From positions 1 through 50,510 of the forward strand of contig JAUCBJ010001474.1 in assembly GCA_032718475.1 (NCBI GenBank): 50,510 nt of DNA, given 5' to 3'. Of this stretch, positions 14,001-29,000 are shown in pieces; position 1 is the first letter of the stretch; each line of letters starts with the position of its first letter. This DNA comes from Nemertoderma westbladi (Eukaryota; Animalia; Xenacoelomorpha). Position numbers and translations under genes: made by a program. The notes below the pieces were generated by a model. The model was not told the DNA's origin. It searched no databases and saw only the letters and a program-made list of their open reading frames with translations.

Positions 14001-17000
14001 TATAGTGTTGGTATAATATAGTGTTGGTATAATATAATGTTGGTATAATATAGTGTTAGTATAATATAGTGTTGGTATAATATACAGAATTGGTATAATA
14101 AAGTGTTGGTATAATAAAGTGTTAGTATAATATATTGTTGGTATAATATAGTGTTGGTATAATATAGTGTTGGTATAATATAGTGTTGGTATAATATAGT
14201 GTCGGTATAATATACAGAATTGGTATAATAAAGTGTTGGTATAATATAGTGTTGGTATAATATGGTGTCGGTATAATAAAGTGTTGGTATAATATAGTGT
14301 TGGTATAATATAGTGTTGGTATAATATAGTGTTGGTATAATATAATGTTGGTATAATATAGTGTTAGTATAATATAGTGTTGGTATAATATACAGAATTG
14401 GTATAATAAAGTGTTGGTATAATAAAGTGTTAGTATAATATATTGTTGGTATAATATAGTGTTGGTATAATATAGTGTTGGTATAATATAGTGTTGGTAT
14501 AATATAGTGTCGGTATAATATACAGAATTGGTATAATAAAGTGTTGGTATAATAAAGTGTTAGTATAATATATTGTTGGTATAATATAGTGTTGGTATAA
14601 TATAGTGTTGGTATAATATAGTGTTGGTATAATATAGTGTCGGTATAATATACAGAATTGGTATAATAAAGTGTTGGTATAATATAGTGTTGGTATAATA
14701 TAGTGTTGGTATAATATACAGAATTGGTATAATAAAGTGTTGGTATAATAAAGTGTTAGTATAATATATTGTTGGTATAATATAGTGTTGGTATAATATA
14801 GTGTTGGTATAATATAGTGTTGGTATAATATAGTGTCGGTATAATATACAGAATTGGTATAATAAAGTGTTGGTATAATATAGTGTTGGTATAATATACA
14901 GAATTGGTATAATATAGTGTCGGTATAATAAAGTGTTAGTATAATATAGTGTTGGTATAATATAGTGTTGGTATAATATAGTGTTAGTATAATATAGTGT
15001 TGGTATAATATAGTGTTAGTATAATATAGTGTTGGTATAATATAGTGTTGGTATAATATAGTGTTGGTATAATATACAGAATTAGTATAATAAAGTGTTG
15101 GTATAATAAAGTGTTGGTATAATATAGTGTTAGTATAATATAGTGTTGGTATAATATAGTGTTGGTATAATATAGTGTTGGTATAATATAATGTTGGTAT
15201 AATATAGTGTTAGTATAATATAGTGTTGGTATAATATACAGAATTGGTATAATAAAGTGTTGGTATAATAAAGTGTTAGTATAATATATTGTTGGTATAA
15301 TATAGTGTTGGTATAATATAGTGTTGGTATAATATGGTGTTGGTATAATATAGTGTCGGTATAATATACAGAATTGGTATAATAAAGTGTTGGTATAATA
15401 TAGTGTTGGTATAATATGGTGTCGGTATAATAAAGTGTTGGTATAATATAGTGTTGGTATAATATAGTGTTGGTATAATATAGTGTTGGTATAATATAAT
15501 GTTGGTATAATATAGTGTTAGTATAATATAGTGTTGGTATAATATACAGAATTGGTATAATAAAGTGTTGGTATAATAAAGTGTTAGTATAATATATTGT
15601 TGGTATAATATAGTGTTGGTATAATATAGTGTTGGTATAATATAGTGTTGGTATAATATAGTGTCGGTATAATATACAGAATTGGTATAATAAAGTGTTG
15701 GTATAATAAAGTGTTAGTATAATATATTGTTGGTATAATATAGTGTTGGTATAATATAGTGTTGGTATAATATAGTGTTGGTATAATATAGTGTCGGTAT
15801 AATATACAGAATTGGTATAATAAAGTGTTGGTATAATATAGTGTTGGTATAATATAGTGTTGGTATAATATACAGAATTGGTATAATAAAGTGTTGGTAT
15901 AATAAAGTGTTAGTATAATATATTGTTGGTATAATATAGTGTTGGTATAATATAGTGTTGGTATAATATAGTGTTGGTATAATATAGTGTCGGTATAATA
16001 TACAGAATTGGTATAATAAAGTGTTGGTATAATATAGTGTTGGTATAATATACAGAATTGGTATAATATAGTGTCGGTATAATAAAGTGTTAGTATAATA
16101 TAGTGTTGGTATAATATAGTGTTGGTATAATATAGTGTTAGTATAATATAGTGTTGGTATAATATAGTGTTAGTATAATATAGTGTTGGTATAATATAGT
16201 GTTGGTATAATATAGTGTTGGTATAATATACAGAATTAGTATAATAAAGTGTTGGTATAATAAAGTGTTGGTATAATATAGTGTTAGTATAATATAGTGT
16301 TGGTATAATATAGTGTTAGTATAATATAGTGTTGGTATAATATAGTGTTGGTATAATATAGTGTTGGTATAATATACAGAATTAGTATAATAAAGTGTTG
16401 GTATAATAAAGTGTTAGTATAATATAGTGTTGGTATAATATAGTGTTAGTATAATATAGTGTTGGTATAATATAGTGTTGGTATAATATAGTGTTAGTAT
16501 AATATAGTGTTGGTATAATATAGTGTTGGTATAATATAGTGTTGGTATAATATACAGAATTAGTATAATAAAGTGTTGGTATAATAAAGTGTTAGTATAA
16601 TATAGTGTTGGTATAATATAGTGTTGGTATAATATAGTGTTGGTATAATATACAGAATTAGTATAATAAAGTGTTGGTATAATAAAGTGTTAGTATAATA
16701 TAGTGTTGGTATAATATAGTGTTGGTATAATATAGTGTTGGTATAATAAAGTGTTGGTATAATATAGTGTTGGTATAATATACAGAATTAGTATAATAAA
16801 GTGTTGGTATAATAAAGTGTTAGTATAATATAGTGTTGGTATAATATAGTGTTGGTATAATATAGTGTTGGTATAATAAAGTGTTAGTATAATATATTGT
16901 TGGTATAATATAGTGTTGGTATAATATAGTGTTGGTATAATATAGTGTTGGTATAATATAGTGTCGGTATAATATACAGAATTAGTATAATAAAGTGTTG

Positions 17001-20000
17001 GTATAATATAGTGTTGGTATAATATAGTGTTGGTATAATATAGTGTTGGTATAATAAAGTGTTGGTATAATATAGTGTTGGTATAATATACAGAATTGGT
17101 ATAATAAAGTGTTGGTATAATATAGTGTTGGTATAATATAGTGTCGGTATAATATACAGAATTAGTATAATAAAGTGTTGGTATAATATAGTGTTGGTAT
17201 AATATAGTGTTAGTATAATATAGTGTTGGTATAATATAGTGTTGGTATAATATAGTGTTGGTATAATAAAGTGTTAGTATAATATAGTGTTGGTATAATA
17301 TAGTGTTAGTATAATATAGTGTTGGTATAATATAGTGTTGGTATAATATAGTGTTGGTATAATATACAGAATTAGTATAATAAAGTGTTGGTATAATAAA
17401 GTGTTAGTATAATATAGTGTTGGTATAATATAGTGTTGGTATAATATAGTGTTGGTATAATAAAGTGTTAGTATAATATATTGTTGGTATAATATAGTGT
17501 TGGTATAATATAGTGTTGGTATAATATAGTGTTGGTATAATATAGTGTCGGTATAATATACAGAATTAGTATAATAAAGTGTTGGTATAATATAGTGTTG
17601 GTATAATATAGTGTTGGTATAATATACAGAATTAGTATAATAAAGTGTTGGTATAATATAGTGTTGGTATAATATAGTGTTGGTATAATATAGTGTTGGT
17701 ATAATAAAGTGTTAGTATAATATAGTGTTGGTATAATATAGTGTTGGTATAATATAGTGTTGGTATAATAAAGTGTTGGTATAATATAGTGTTGGTATAA
17801 TATAGTGTTGGTATAATATAGTGTTGGTATAATAAAGTGTTAGTATAATATAGTGTTGGTATAATATAGTGTTGGTATAATATAGTGTTGGTATAATATA
17901 GTGTTGGTATAATAAAGTGTTAGTATAATATAGTGTTGGTATAATATAGTGTTGGTATAATATAGTGTTGGTATAATATAGTGTTGGTATAATATAGTGT
18001 TGGTATAATATAGTGTTGGTATAATATAGTGTTGGTATAATATATTGTTGGTATAATATAGTGTTGGTATAATATAGTGTTGGTATAATAAAGTGTTAGT
18101 ATAATATAGTGTTGGTATAATATAGTGTTGGTATAATATAGTGTTGGTATAATATAGTGTTGGTATAATATATTGTTGGTATAATAAAGTGTTAGTATAA
18201 TATAGTGTTGGTATAATATAGTGTTGGTATAATATAGTGTTGGTATAATATACAGAATTAGTATAATAAAGTGTTGGTATAATATAGTGTTGGTATAATA
18301 TAGTGTTGGTATAATATAGTGTTGGTATAATAAAGTGTTGGTATAATATAGTGTTGGTATAATATACAGAATTGGTATAATAAAGTGTTGGTATAATATA
18401 GTGTTGGTATAATATAGTGTCGGTATAATATACAGAATTAGTATAATAAAGTGTTGGTATAATATAGTGTTGGTATAATATAGTGTTAGTATAATATAGT
18501 GTTGGTATAATATAGTGTTGGTATAATATAGTGTTGGTATAATATAGTGTCGGTATAATATACAGAATTGGTATAATAAAGTGTTGGTATAATATAGTGT
18601 TGGTATAATATACAGAATTGGTATAATATAGTGTCGGTATAATAAAGTGTTAGTATAATATAGTGTTGGTATAATATAGTGTTGGTATAATATAGTGTTA
18701 GTATAATATAGTGTTAGTATAATATATTGTTGGTATAATATAGTGTTGGTATAATATAGTGTTGGTATAATATAGTGTTGGTATAATAAAGTGTTAGTAT
18801 AATATATTGTTGGTATAATATAGTGTTGGTATAATATAGTGTTGGTATAATATAGTGTTGGTATAATATAGTGTCGGTATAATATACAGAATTGGTATAA
18901 TAAAGTGTTGGTATAATATAGTGTTGGTATAATATGGTGTCGGTATAATAAAGTGTTGGTATAATATAGTGTTGGTATAATATAGTGTTGGTATAATATA
19001 GTGTTGGTATAATATAATGTTGGTATAATATAGTGTTAGTATAATATAGTGTTGGTATAATATACAGAATTGGTATAATAAAGTGTTGGTATAATAAAGT
19101 GTTAGTATAATATATTGTTGGTATAATATAGTGTTGGTATAATATAGTGTTGGTATAATATAGTGTTGGTATAATATAGTGTCGGTATAATATACAGAAT
19201 TGGTATAATAAAGTGTTGGTATAATAAAGTGTTAGTATAATATATTGTTGGTATAATATAGTGTTGGTATAATATAGTGTTGGTATAATATAGTGTTGGT
19301 ATAATATAGTGTCGGTATAATATACAGAATTGGTATAATAAAGTGTTGGTATAATATAGTGTTGGTATAATATAGTGTTGGTATAATATACAGAATTGGT
19401 ATAATAAAGTGTTGGTATAATAAAGTGTTAGTATAATATATTGTTGGTATAATATAGTGTTGGTATAATATAGTGTTGGTATAATATAGTGTTGGTATAA
19501 TATAGTGTCGGTATAATATACAGAATTGGTATAATAAAGTGTTGGTATAATATAGTGTTGGTATAATATACAGAATTGGTATAATATAGTGTCGGTATAA
19601 TAAAGTGTTAGTATAATATAGTGTTGGTATAATATAGTGTTGGTATAATATAGTGTTAGTATAATATAGTGTTGGTATAATATAGTGTTAGTATAATATA
19701 GTGTTGGTATAATATAGTGTTGGTATAATATAGTGTTGGTATAATATACAGAATTAGTATAATAAAGTGTTGGTATAATAAAGTGTTGGTATAATATAGT
19801 GTTAGTATAATATAGTGTTGGTATAATATAGTGTTAGTATAATATAGTGTTGGTATAATATAGTGTTGGTATAATATAGTGTTGGTATAATATACAGAAT
19901 TAGTATAATAAAGTGTTGGTATAATAAAGTGTTAGTATAATATAGTGTTGGTATAATATAGTGTTAGTATAATATAGTGTTGGTATAATATAGTGTTGGT

Positions 20001-23000
20001 ATAATATAGTGTTAGTATAATATAGTGTTGGTATAATATAGTGTTGGTATAATATAGTGTTGGTATAATATACAGAATTAGTATAATAAAGTGTTGGTAT
20101 AATAAAGTGTTAGTATAATATAGTGTTGGTATAATATAGTGTTGGTATAATATAGTGTTGGTATAATATACAGAATTAGTATAATAAAGTGTTGGTATAA
20201 TAAAGTGTTAGTATAATATAGTGTTGGTATAATATAGTGTTGGTATAATATAGTGTTGGTATAATAAAGTGTTGGTATAATATAGTGTTGGTATAATATA
20301 CAGAATTAGTATAATAAAGTGTTGGTATAATAAAGTGTTAGTATAATATAGTGTTGGTATAATATAGTGTTGGTATAATATAGTGTTGGTATAATAAAGT
20401 GTTAGTATAATATATTGTTGGTATAATATAGTGTTGGTATAATATAGTGTTGGTATAATATAGTGTTGGTATAATATAGTGTCGGTATAATATACAGAAT
20501 TAGTATAATAAAGTGTTGGTATAATATAGTGTTGGTATAATATAGTGTTGGTATAATATAGTGTTGGTATAATAAAGTGTTGGTATAATATAGTGTTGGT
20601 ATAATATACAGAATTGGTATAATAAAGTGTTGGTATAATATAGTGTTGGTATAATATAGTGTCGGTATAATATACAGAATTAGTATAATAAAGTGTTGGT
20701 ATAATATAGTGTTGGTATAATATAGTGTCGGTATAATATACAGAATTGGTATAATAAAGTGTTGGTATAATATAGTGTTGGTATAATATGGTGTCGGTAT
20801 AATAAAGTGTTGGTATAATATAGTGTTGGTATAATATAGTGTTGGTATAATATAGTGTTGGTATAATATAATGTTGGTATAATATAGTGTTAGTATAATA
20901 TAGTGTTGGTATAATATACAGAATTGGTATAATAAAGTGTTGGTATAATAAAGTGTTAGTATAATATATTGTTGGTATAATATAGTGTTGGTATAATATA
21001 GTGTTGGTATAATATAGTGTTGGTATAATATAGTGTCGGTATAATATACAGAATTGGTATAATAAAGTGTTGGTATAATAAAGTGTTAGTATAATATATT
21101 GTTGGTATAATATAGTGTTGGTATAATATAGTGTTGGTATAATATAGTGTTGGTATAATATAGTGTCGGTATAATATACAGAATTGGTATAATAAAGTGT
21201 TGGTATAATATAGTGTTGGTATAATATAGTGTTGGTATAATATACAGAATTGGTATAATAAAGTGTTGGTATAATAAAGTGTTAGTATAATATATTGTTG
21301 GTATAATATAGTGTTGGTATAATATAGTGTTGGTATAATATAGTGTTGGTATAATATAGTGTCGGTATAATATACAGAATTGGTATAATAAAGTGTTGGT
21401 ATAATATAGTGTTGGTATAATATACAGAATTGGTATAATATAGTGTCGGTATAATAAAGTGTTAGTATAATATAGTGTTGGTATAATATAGTGTTGGTAT
21501 AATATAGTGTTAGTATAATATAGTGTTGGTATAATATAGTGTTAGTATAATATAGTGTTGGTATAATATAGTGTTGGTATAATATAGTGTTGGTATAATA
21601 TACAGAATTAGTATAATAAAGTGTTGGTATAATAAAGTGTTGGTATAATATAGTGTTAGTATAATATAGTGTTGGTATAATATAGTGTTAGTATAATATA
21701 GTGTTGGTATAATATAGTGTTGGTATAATATAGTGTTGGTATAATATACAGAATTAGTATAATAAAGTGTTGGTATAATAAAGTGTTAGTATAATATAGT
21801 GTTGGTATAATATAGTGTTAGTATAATATAGTGTTGGTATAATATAGTGTTGGTATAATATAGTGTTAGTATAATATAGTGTTGGTATAATATAGTGTTG
21901 GTATAATATAGTGTTGGTATAATATACAGAATTAGTATAATAAAGTGTTGGTATAATAAAGTGTTAGTATAATATAGTGTTGGTATAATATAGTGTTGGT
22001 ATAATATAGTGTTGGTATAATATACAGAATTAGTATAATAAAGTGTTGGTATAATAAAGTGTTAGTATAATATAGTGTTGGTATAATATAGTGTTGGTAT
22101 AATATAGTGTTGGTATAATAAAGTGTTGGTATAATATAGTGTTGGTATAATATACAGAATTAGTATAATAAAGTGTTGGTATAATAAAGTGTTAGTATAA
22201 TATAGTGTTGGTATAATATAGTGTTGGTATAATATAGTGTTGGTATAATAAAGTGTTAGTATAATATATTGTTGGTATAATATAGTGTTGGTATAATATA
22301 GTGTTGGTATAATATAGTGTTGGTATAATATAGTGTCGGTATAATATACAGAATTAGTATAATAAAGTGTTGGTATAATATAGTGTTGGTATAATATAGT
22401 GTTGGTATAATATAGTGTTGGTATAATAAAGTGTTGGTATAATATAGTGTTGGTATAATATACAGAATTGGTATAATAAAGTGTTGGTATAATATAGTGT
22501 TGGTATAATATAGTGTCGGTATAATATACAGAATTAGTATAATAAAGTGTTGGTATAATATAGTGTTGGTATAATATAGTGTTAGTATAATATAGTGTTG
22601 GTATAATATAGTGTTGGTATAATATAGTGTTGGTATAATAAAGTGTTAGTATAATATAGTGTTGGTATAATATAGTGTTAGTATAATATAGTGTTGGTAT
22701 AATATAGTGTTGGTATAATATAGTGTTGGTATAATATACAGAATTAGTATAATAAAGTGTTGGTATAATAAAGTGTTAGTATAATATAGTGTTGGTATAA
22801 TATAGTGTTGGTATAATATAGTGTTGGTATAATAAAGTGTTAGTATAATATATTGTTGGTATAATATAGTGTTGGTATAATATAGTGTTGGTATAATATA
22901 GTGTTGGTATAATATAGTGTCGGTATAATATACAGAATTAGTATAATAAAGTGTTGGTATAATATAGTGTTGGTATAATATAGTGTTGGTATAATATACA

Positions 23001-26000
23001 GAATTAGTATAATAAAGTGTTGGTATAATATAGTGTTGGTATAATATAGTGTTGGTATAATATAGTGTTGGTATAATAAAGTGTTAGTATAATATAGTGT
23101 TGGTATAATATAGTGTTGGTATAATATAGTGTTGGTATAATAAAGTGTTGGTATAATATAGTGTTGGTATAATATAGTGTTGGTATAATATAGTGTTGGT
23201 ATAATAAAGTGTTAGTATAATATAGTGTTGGTATAATATAGTGTTGGTATAATATAGTGTTGGTATAATATAGTGTTGGTATAATAAAGTGTTAGTATAA
23301 TATAGTGTTGGTATAATATAGTGTTGGTATAATATAGTGTTGGTATAATAAAGTGTTAGTATAATATAGTGTTGGTATAATATAGTGTTGGTATAATATA
23401 GTGTTGGTATAATATAGTGTTGGTATAATATATTGTTGGTATAATATAGTGTTGGTATAATATAGTGTTGGTATAATAAAGTGTTAGTATAATATAGTGT
23501 TGGTATAATATAGTGTTGGTATAATATAGTGTTGGTATAATATAGTGTTGGTATAATATATTGTTGGTATAATAAAGTGTTAGTATAATATAGTGTTGGT
23601 ATAATATAGTGTTGGTATAATATAGTGTTGGTATAATATAGTGTTAGTATAATATATTGTTGGTATAATATAGTGTTGGTATAATATAGTGTTGGTATAA
23701 TAAAGTGTTAGTATAATATATTGTTGGTATAATATAGTGTTGGTATAATATAGTGTTGGTATAATATAGTGTTGGTATAATAAAGTGTTAGTATAATATA
23801 GTGTTGGTATAATATAGTGTTGGTATAATATAGTGTTGGTATAATAAAGTGTTAGTATAATATAGTGTTGGTATAATATAGTGTTGGTATAATATAGTGT
23901 TGGTATAATATAGTGTTGGTATAATATAGTGTTGGTATAATATAGTGTTGGTATAATAAAGTGTTAGTATAATATATTGTTGGTATAATATAGTGTTGGT
24001 ATAATATAGTGTTGGTATAATAAAGTGTTAGTATAATATATTGTTGGTATAATATAGTGTTGGTATAATATAGTGTTGGTATAATATAGTGTTGGTATAA
24101 TAAAGTGTTAGTATAATATATTGTTGGTATAATATAGTGTTGGTATAATATAGTGTTGGTATAATAAAGTGTTAGTATAATATATTGTTGGTATAATATA
24201 GTGTTGGTATAATATAGTGTTGGTATAATATAGTGTTGGTATAATAAAGTGTTAGTATAATATAGTGTTGGTATAATAAAGTGTTAGTATAATATATTGT
24301 TGGTATAATATAGTGTTGGTATAATATAGTGTTGGTATAATAAAGTGTTAGTATAATATATTGTTGGTATAATATAGTGTTGGTATAATATAGTGTTGGT
24401 ATAATATAGTGTTGGTATAATAAAGTGTTGGTATAATATAGTGTTGGTATAATATACAGAATTGGTATAATAAAGTGTTGGTATAATAAAGTGTTAGTAT
24501 AATATATTGTTGGTATAATATAGTGTTGGTATAATATAGTGTTGGTATAATATAGTGTTGGTATAATATAGTGTTGGTATAATATAGTGTTGGTATAATA
24601 TAGTGTTGGTATAATATAGTGTTGGTATAATATAGTGTTGGTATAATATACAGAATTGGTATAATAAAGTGTTGGTATAATAAAGTGTTAGTATAATATA
24701 TTGTTGGTATAATATAGTGTTGGTATAATATAGTGTTGGTATAATAAAGTGTTAGTATAATATAGTGTTGGTATAATATAGTGTTGGTATAATATAGTGT
24801 TGGTATAATATAGTGTTGGTATAATATAGTGTTGGTATAATATAGTGTTGGTATAATATAGTGTTGGTATAATATAGTGTTGGTATAATATAGTGTTGGT
24901 ATAATATAGTGTTGGTATAATATAGTGTTGGTATAATATAGTGTTGGTATAATATACAGAATTGGTATAATAAAGTGTTGGTATAATAAAGTGTTAGTAT
25001 AATATATTGTTGGTATAATATAGTGTTGGTATAATATAGTGTTGGTATAATATAGTGTTGGTATAATAAAGTGTTAGTATAATATAGTGTTGGTATAATA
25101 TAGTGTTGGTATAATATAGTGTTGGTATAATAAAGTGTTAGTATAATATAGTGTTGGTATAATATAGTGTTGGTATAATATAGTGTTGGTATAATAAAGT
25201 GTTAGTATAATATATTGTTGGTATAATATAGTGTTGGTATAATATAGTGTTGGTATAATATAGTGTTGGTATAATATAGTGTCGGTATAATATACAGAAT
25301 TGGTATAATAAAGTGTTGGTATAATATAGTGTTGGTATAATATAGTGTTGGTATAATATACAGAATTGGTATAATAAAGTGTTGGTATAATAAAGTGTTA
25401 GTATAATATATTGTTGGTATAATATAGTGTTGGTATAATATAGTGTTGGTATAATATAGTGTTGGTATAATATAGTGTTGGTATAATATAGTGTTGGTAT
25501 AATATACAGAATTGGTATAATAAAGTGTTGGTATAATAAAGTGTTAGTATAATATATTGTTGGTATAATATAGTGTTGGTATAATATAGTGTTGGTATAA
25601 TATAGTGTTGGTATAATATAGTGTCGGTATAATATACAGAATTGGTATAATAAAGTGTTGGTATAATATAGTGTTGGTATAATATAGTGTTGGTATAATA
25701 AAGTGTTGGTATAATATAGTGTCGGTATAATATACAGAATTGGTATAATAAAGTGTTGGTATAATATAGTGTTGGTATAATATAGTGTTGGTATAATATA
25801 CAGAATTGGTATAATAAAGTGTTGGTATAATATAGTGTTGGTATAATAAAGTGTTGGTATAATATAGTGTTGGTATAATATAGTGTTGGTATAATATACA
25901 GAATTGGTATAATAAAGTGTTAGTATAATATATTGTTGGTATAATAAAGTGTTGGTATAATATAGTGTTGGTATAATAAAGTGTTGGTATAATATAGTGT

Positions 26001-29000
26001 TGGTATAATATAGTGTTGGTATAATATAGTGTTGGTATAATATAGTGTTGGTATAATAAAGTGTTAGTATAATATATTGTTGGTATAATATAGTGTTGGT
26101 ATAATATAGTGTTGGTATAATATAGTGTCGGTATAATATAGTGTTGGTATAATATAGTGTTGGTATAATAAAGTGTTAGTATAATATAGTGTTGGTATAA
26201 TATAGTGTCGGTATAATATACAGAATTGGTATAATAAAGTGTTGGTATAATATAGTGTTGGTATAATATAGTGTTGGTATAATATAGTGTTGGTATAATA
26301 TAGTGTTGGTATAATAAAGTGTTAGTATAATATATTGTTGGTATAATATAGTGTTGGTATAATATAGTGTTGGTATAATATAGTGTCGGTATAATATAGT
26401 GTTGGTATAATATAGTGTTGGTATAATAAAGTGTTAGTATAATATAGTGTTGGTATAATATAGTGTCGGTATAATATACAGAATTGGTATAATAAAGTGT
26501 TGGTATAATATAGTGTTGGTATAATATAGTGTTGGTATAATATAGTGTTGGTATAATATAGTGTTGGTATAATATAGTGTTGGTATAATAAAGTGTTAGT
26601 ATAATATAGTGTTGGTATAATAAAGTGTTGGTATAATAAAGTGTTAGTATAATATAGTGTTGGTATAATATACAGAATTGGTATAATATAGTGTTGGTAT
26701 AATATAGTGTTGGTATAATATAGTGTTGGTATAATATAGTGTTGGTATAATATAGTGTCGGTATAATATAGTGTTGGTATAATATAGTGTTGGTATATAT
26801 TATATATATATAGTGTTGGTATAATATAGTGTTTGTATAATAAAGTGTTAGTATAATATACAGAATTGTTGGTATAATAAAGTGTTAGTATAATATAGTG
26901 TTGGTATAATAAAGTGTTGGTATAATATAGTGTCGGTATAATATAGTGTTGGTATAATATACAGAATTGGTATAATATAGTGTTTGTATAATATAGTGTT
27001 GGTATAATATACAGAATTGGTATAATAAAGTGTTGGTATAATAAAGTGTTAGTATAATATAATGTTGGTATAATATAGTGTTGGTATAATATAGTGTTGG
27101 TATAATATAGTGTTGGTATAATAAAGTGTTAGTATAATATAGTGTCGGTATAATATAGTGTCGGTATAATATAGTGTTGGTATAATATAGTGTTGGTATA
27201 ATATAGTGTCGGTATAATATAGTGTTGGTATAATATACAGAATTGGTATAATATAGTGTTTGTATAATATAGTGTTGGTATAATATAGTGTCGGTATAAT
27301 ATAGTGTCGGTATAATATAGTGTTGGTATAATATAGTGTTGGTATAATATACAGAATTGGTATAATATAGTGTTGGTATAATATAGTGTTTGTATAATAT
27401 AGTGTTGGTATAATATAGTGTTTGTATAATATAGTGTTGGTATAATAAAGTGTTGGTATGATAAAGTGTTAGTATAATATAGTGTTGGTATAATATACAG
27501 AATTGGTATAATATAGTGTTTGTATAATATAGTGTTGGTATAATATAGTGTTGGTATAATATAGTGTTTGTATAATAAAGTGTTAGTATAATATAGTGTT
27601 GGTATAATATAGTGTCGGTATAATATAGTGTCGGTATAATATAGTGTTGGTATAATATAGTGTCGGTATAATATAGTGTTTGTATAATATAGTGTTGGTA
27701 TAATATAGTGTTGGTATAATATAGTGTTTGTATAATAAAGTGTTAGTATAATATAGTGTTGGTATAATATACAGAATTGGTATAATATAGTGTTTGTATA
27801 ATATAGTGTTGGTATAATATAGTGTTGGTATAATATAGTGTTTGTATAATAAAGTGTTAGTATAATATAGTGTTGGTATAATATAGTGTCGGTATAATAT
27901 AGTGTCGGTATAATATAGTGTTGGTATAATATACAGAATTGGTATAATATAGTGTTTGTATAATATAGTGTTGGTATAATATAGTGTTGGTATAATATAG
28001 TGTTTGTATAATAAAGTGTTAGTATAATATAGTGTTGGTATAATATAGTGTCGGTATAATATAGTGTTGGTATAATATACAGAATTGGTATAATATAGTG
28101 TTGGTATAATATAGTGTTGGTATAATATAGTGTTGGTATAATATAGTGTTTGTATAATAAAGTGTTAGTATAATATAGTGTTGGTATTATATAGTGTTGG
28201 TATAATAAAGTGTTAGTATAATATACAGAATTGGTATAATATAGTGTTTGTATAATATAGTGTTGGTATAATATAGTGTTGGTATAATATAGTGTTTGTA
28301 TAATAAAGTGTTAGTATAATATAGTGTTGGTATAATATAGTGTCGGTATAATATAGTGTTGGTATAATATAGTGTTGGTATAATATAGTGTCGGTATAAT
28401 ATAGTGTTGGTATAATATAGTGTTGGTATAATATAGTGTTGGTATAATATAGTGTTTGTATAATAAAGTGTTAGTATAATATAGTGTTGGTATAATATAG
28501 TGTCGGTATAATATAGTGTTGGTATAATATAGTGTTGGTATAATATAGTGTTGGTATAATATAGTGTTTGTATAATAAAGTGTTAGTATAATATAGTGTT
28601 GGTATAATATAGTGTCGGTATAATATAGTGTTGGTATAATATAGTGTTGGTATAATAAAGTGTTAGTATAATATACAGAATTGGTATAATATAGTGTTTG
28701 TATAATATAGTGTTGGTATAATATAGTGTTGGTATAATATAGTGTTTGTATAATAAAGTGTTAGTATAATATAGTGTTGGTATAATATAGTGTCGGTATA
28801 ATATAGTGTTGGTATAATATACAGAATTGGTATAATATAGTGTTGGTATAATATAGTGTTGGTATAATATAGTGTTGGTATAATATAGTGTTTGTATAAT
28901 AAAGTGTTAGTATAATATAGTGTTGGTATAATATAGTGTTGGTATAATAAAGTGTTAGTATAATATATTGTTGGTATAATATAGTGTTGGTATAATATAG

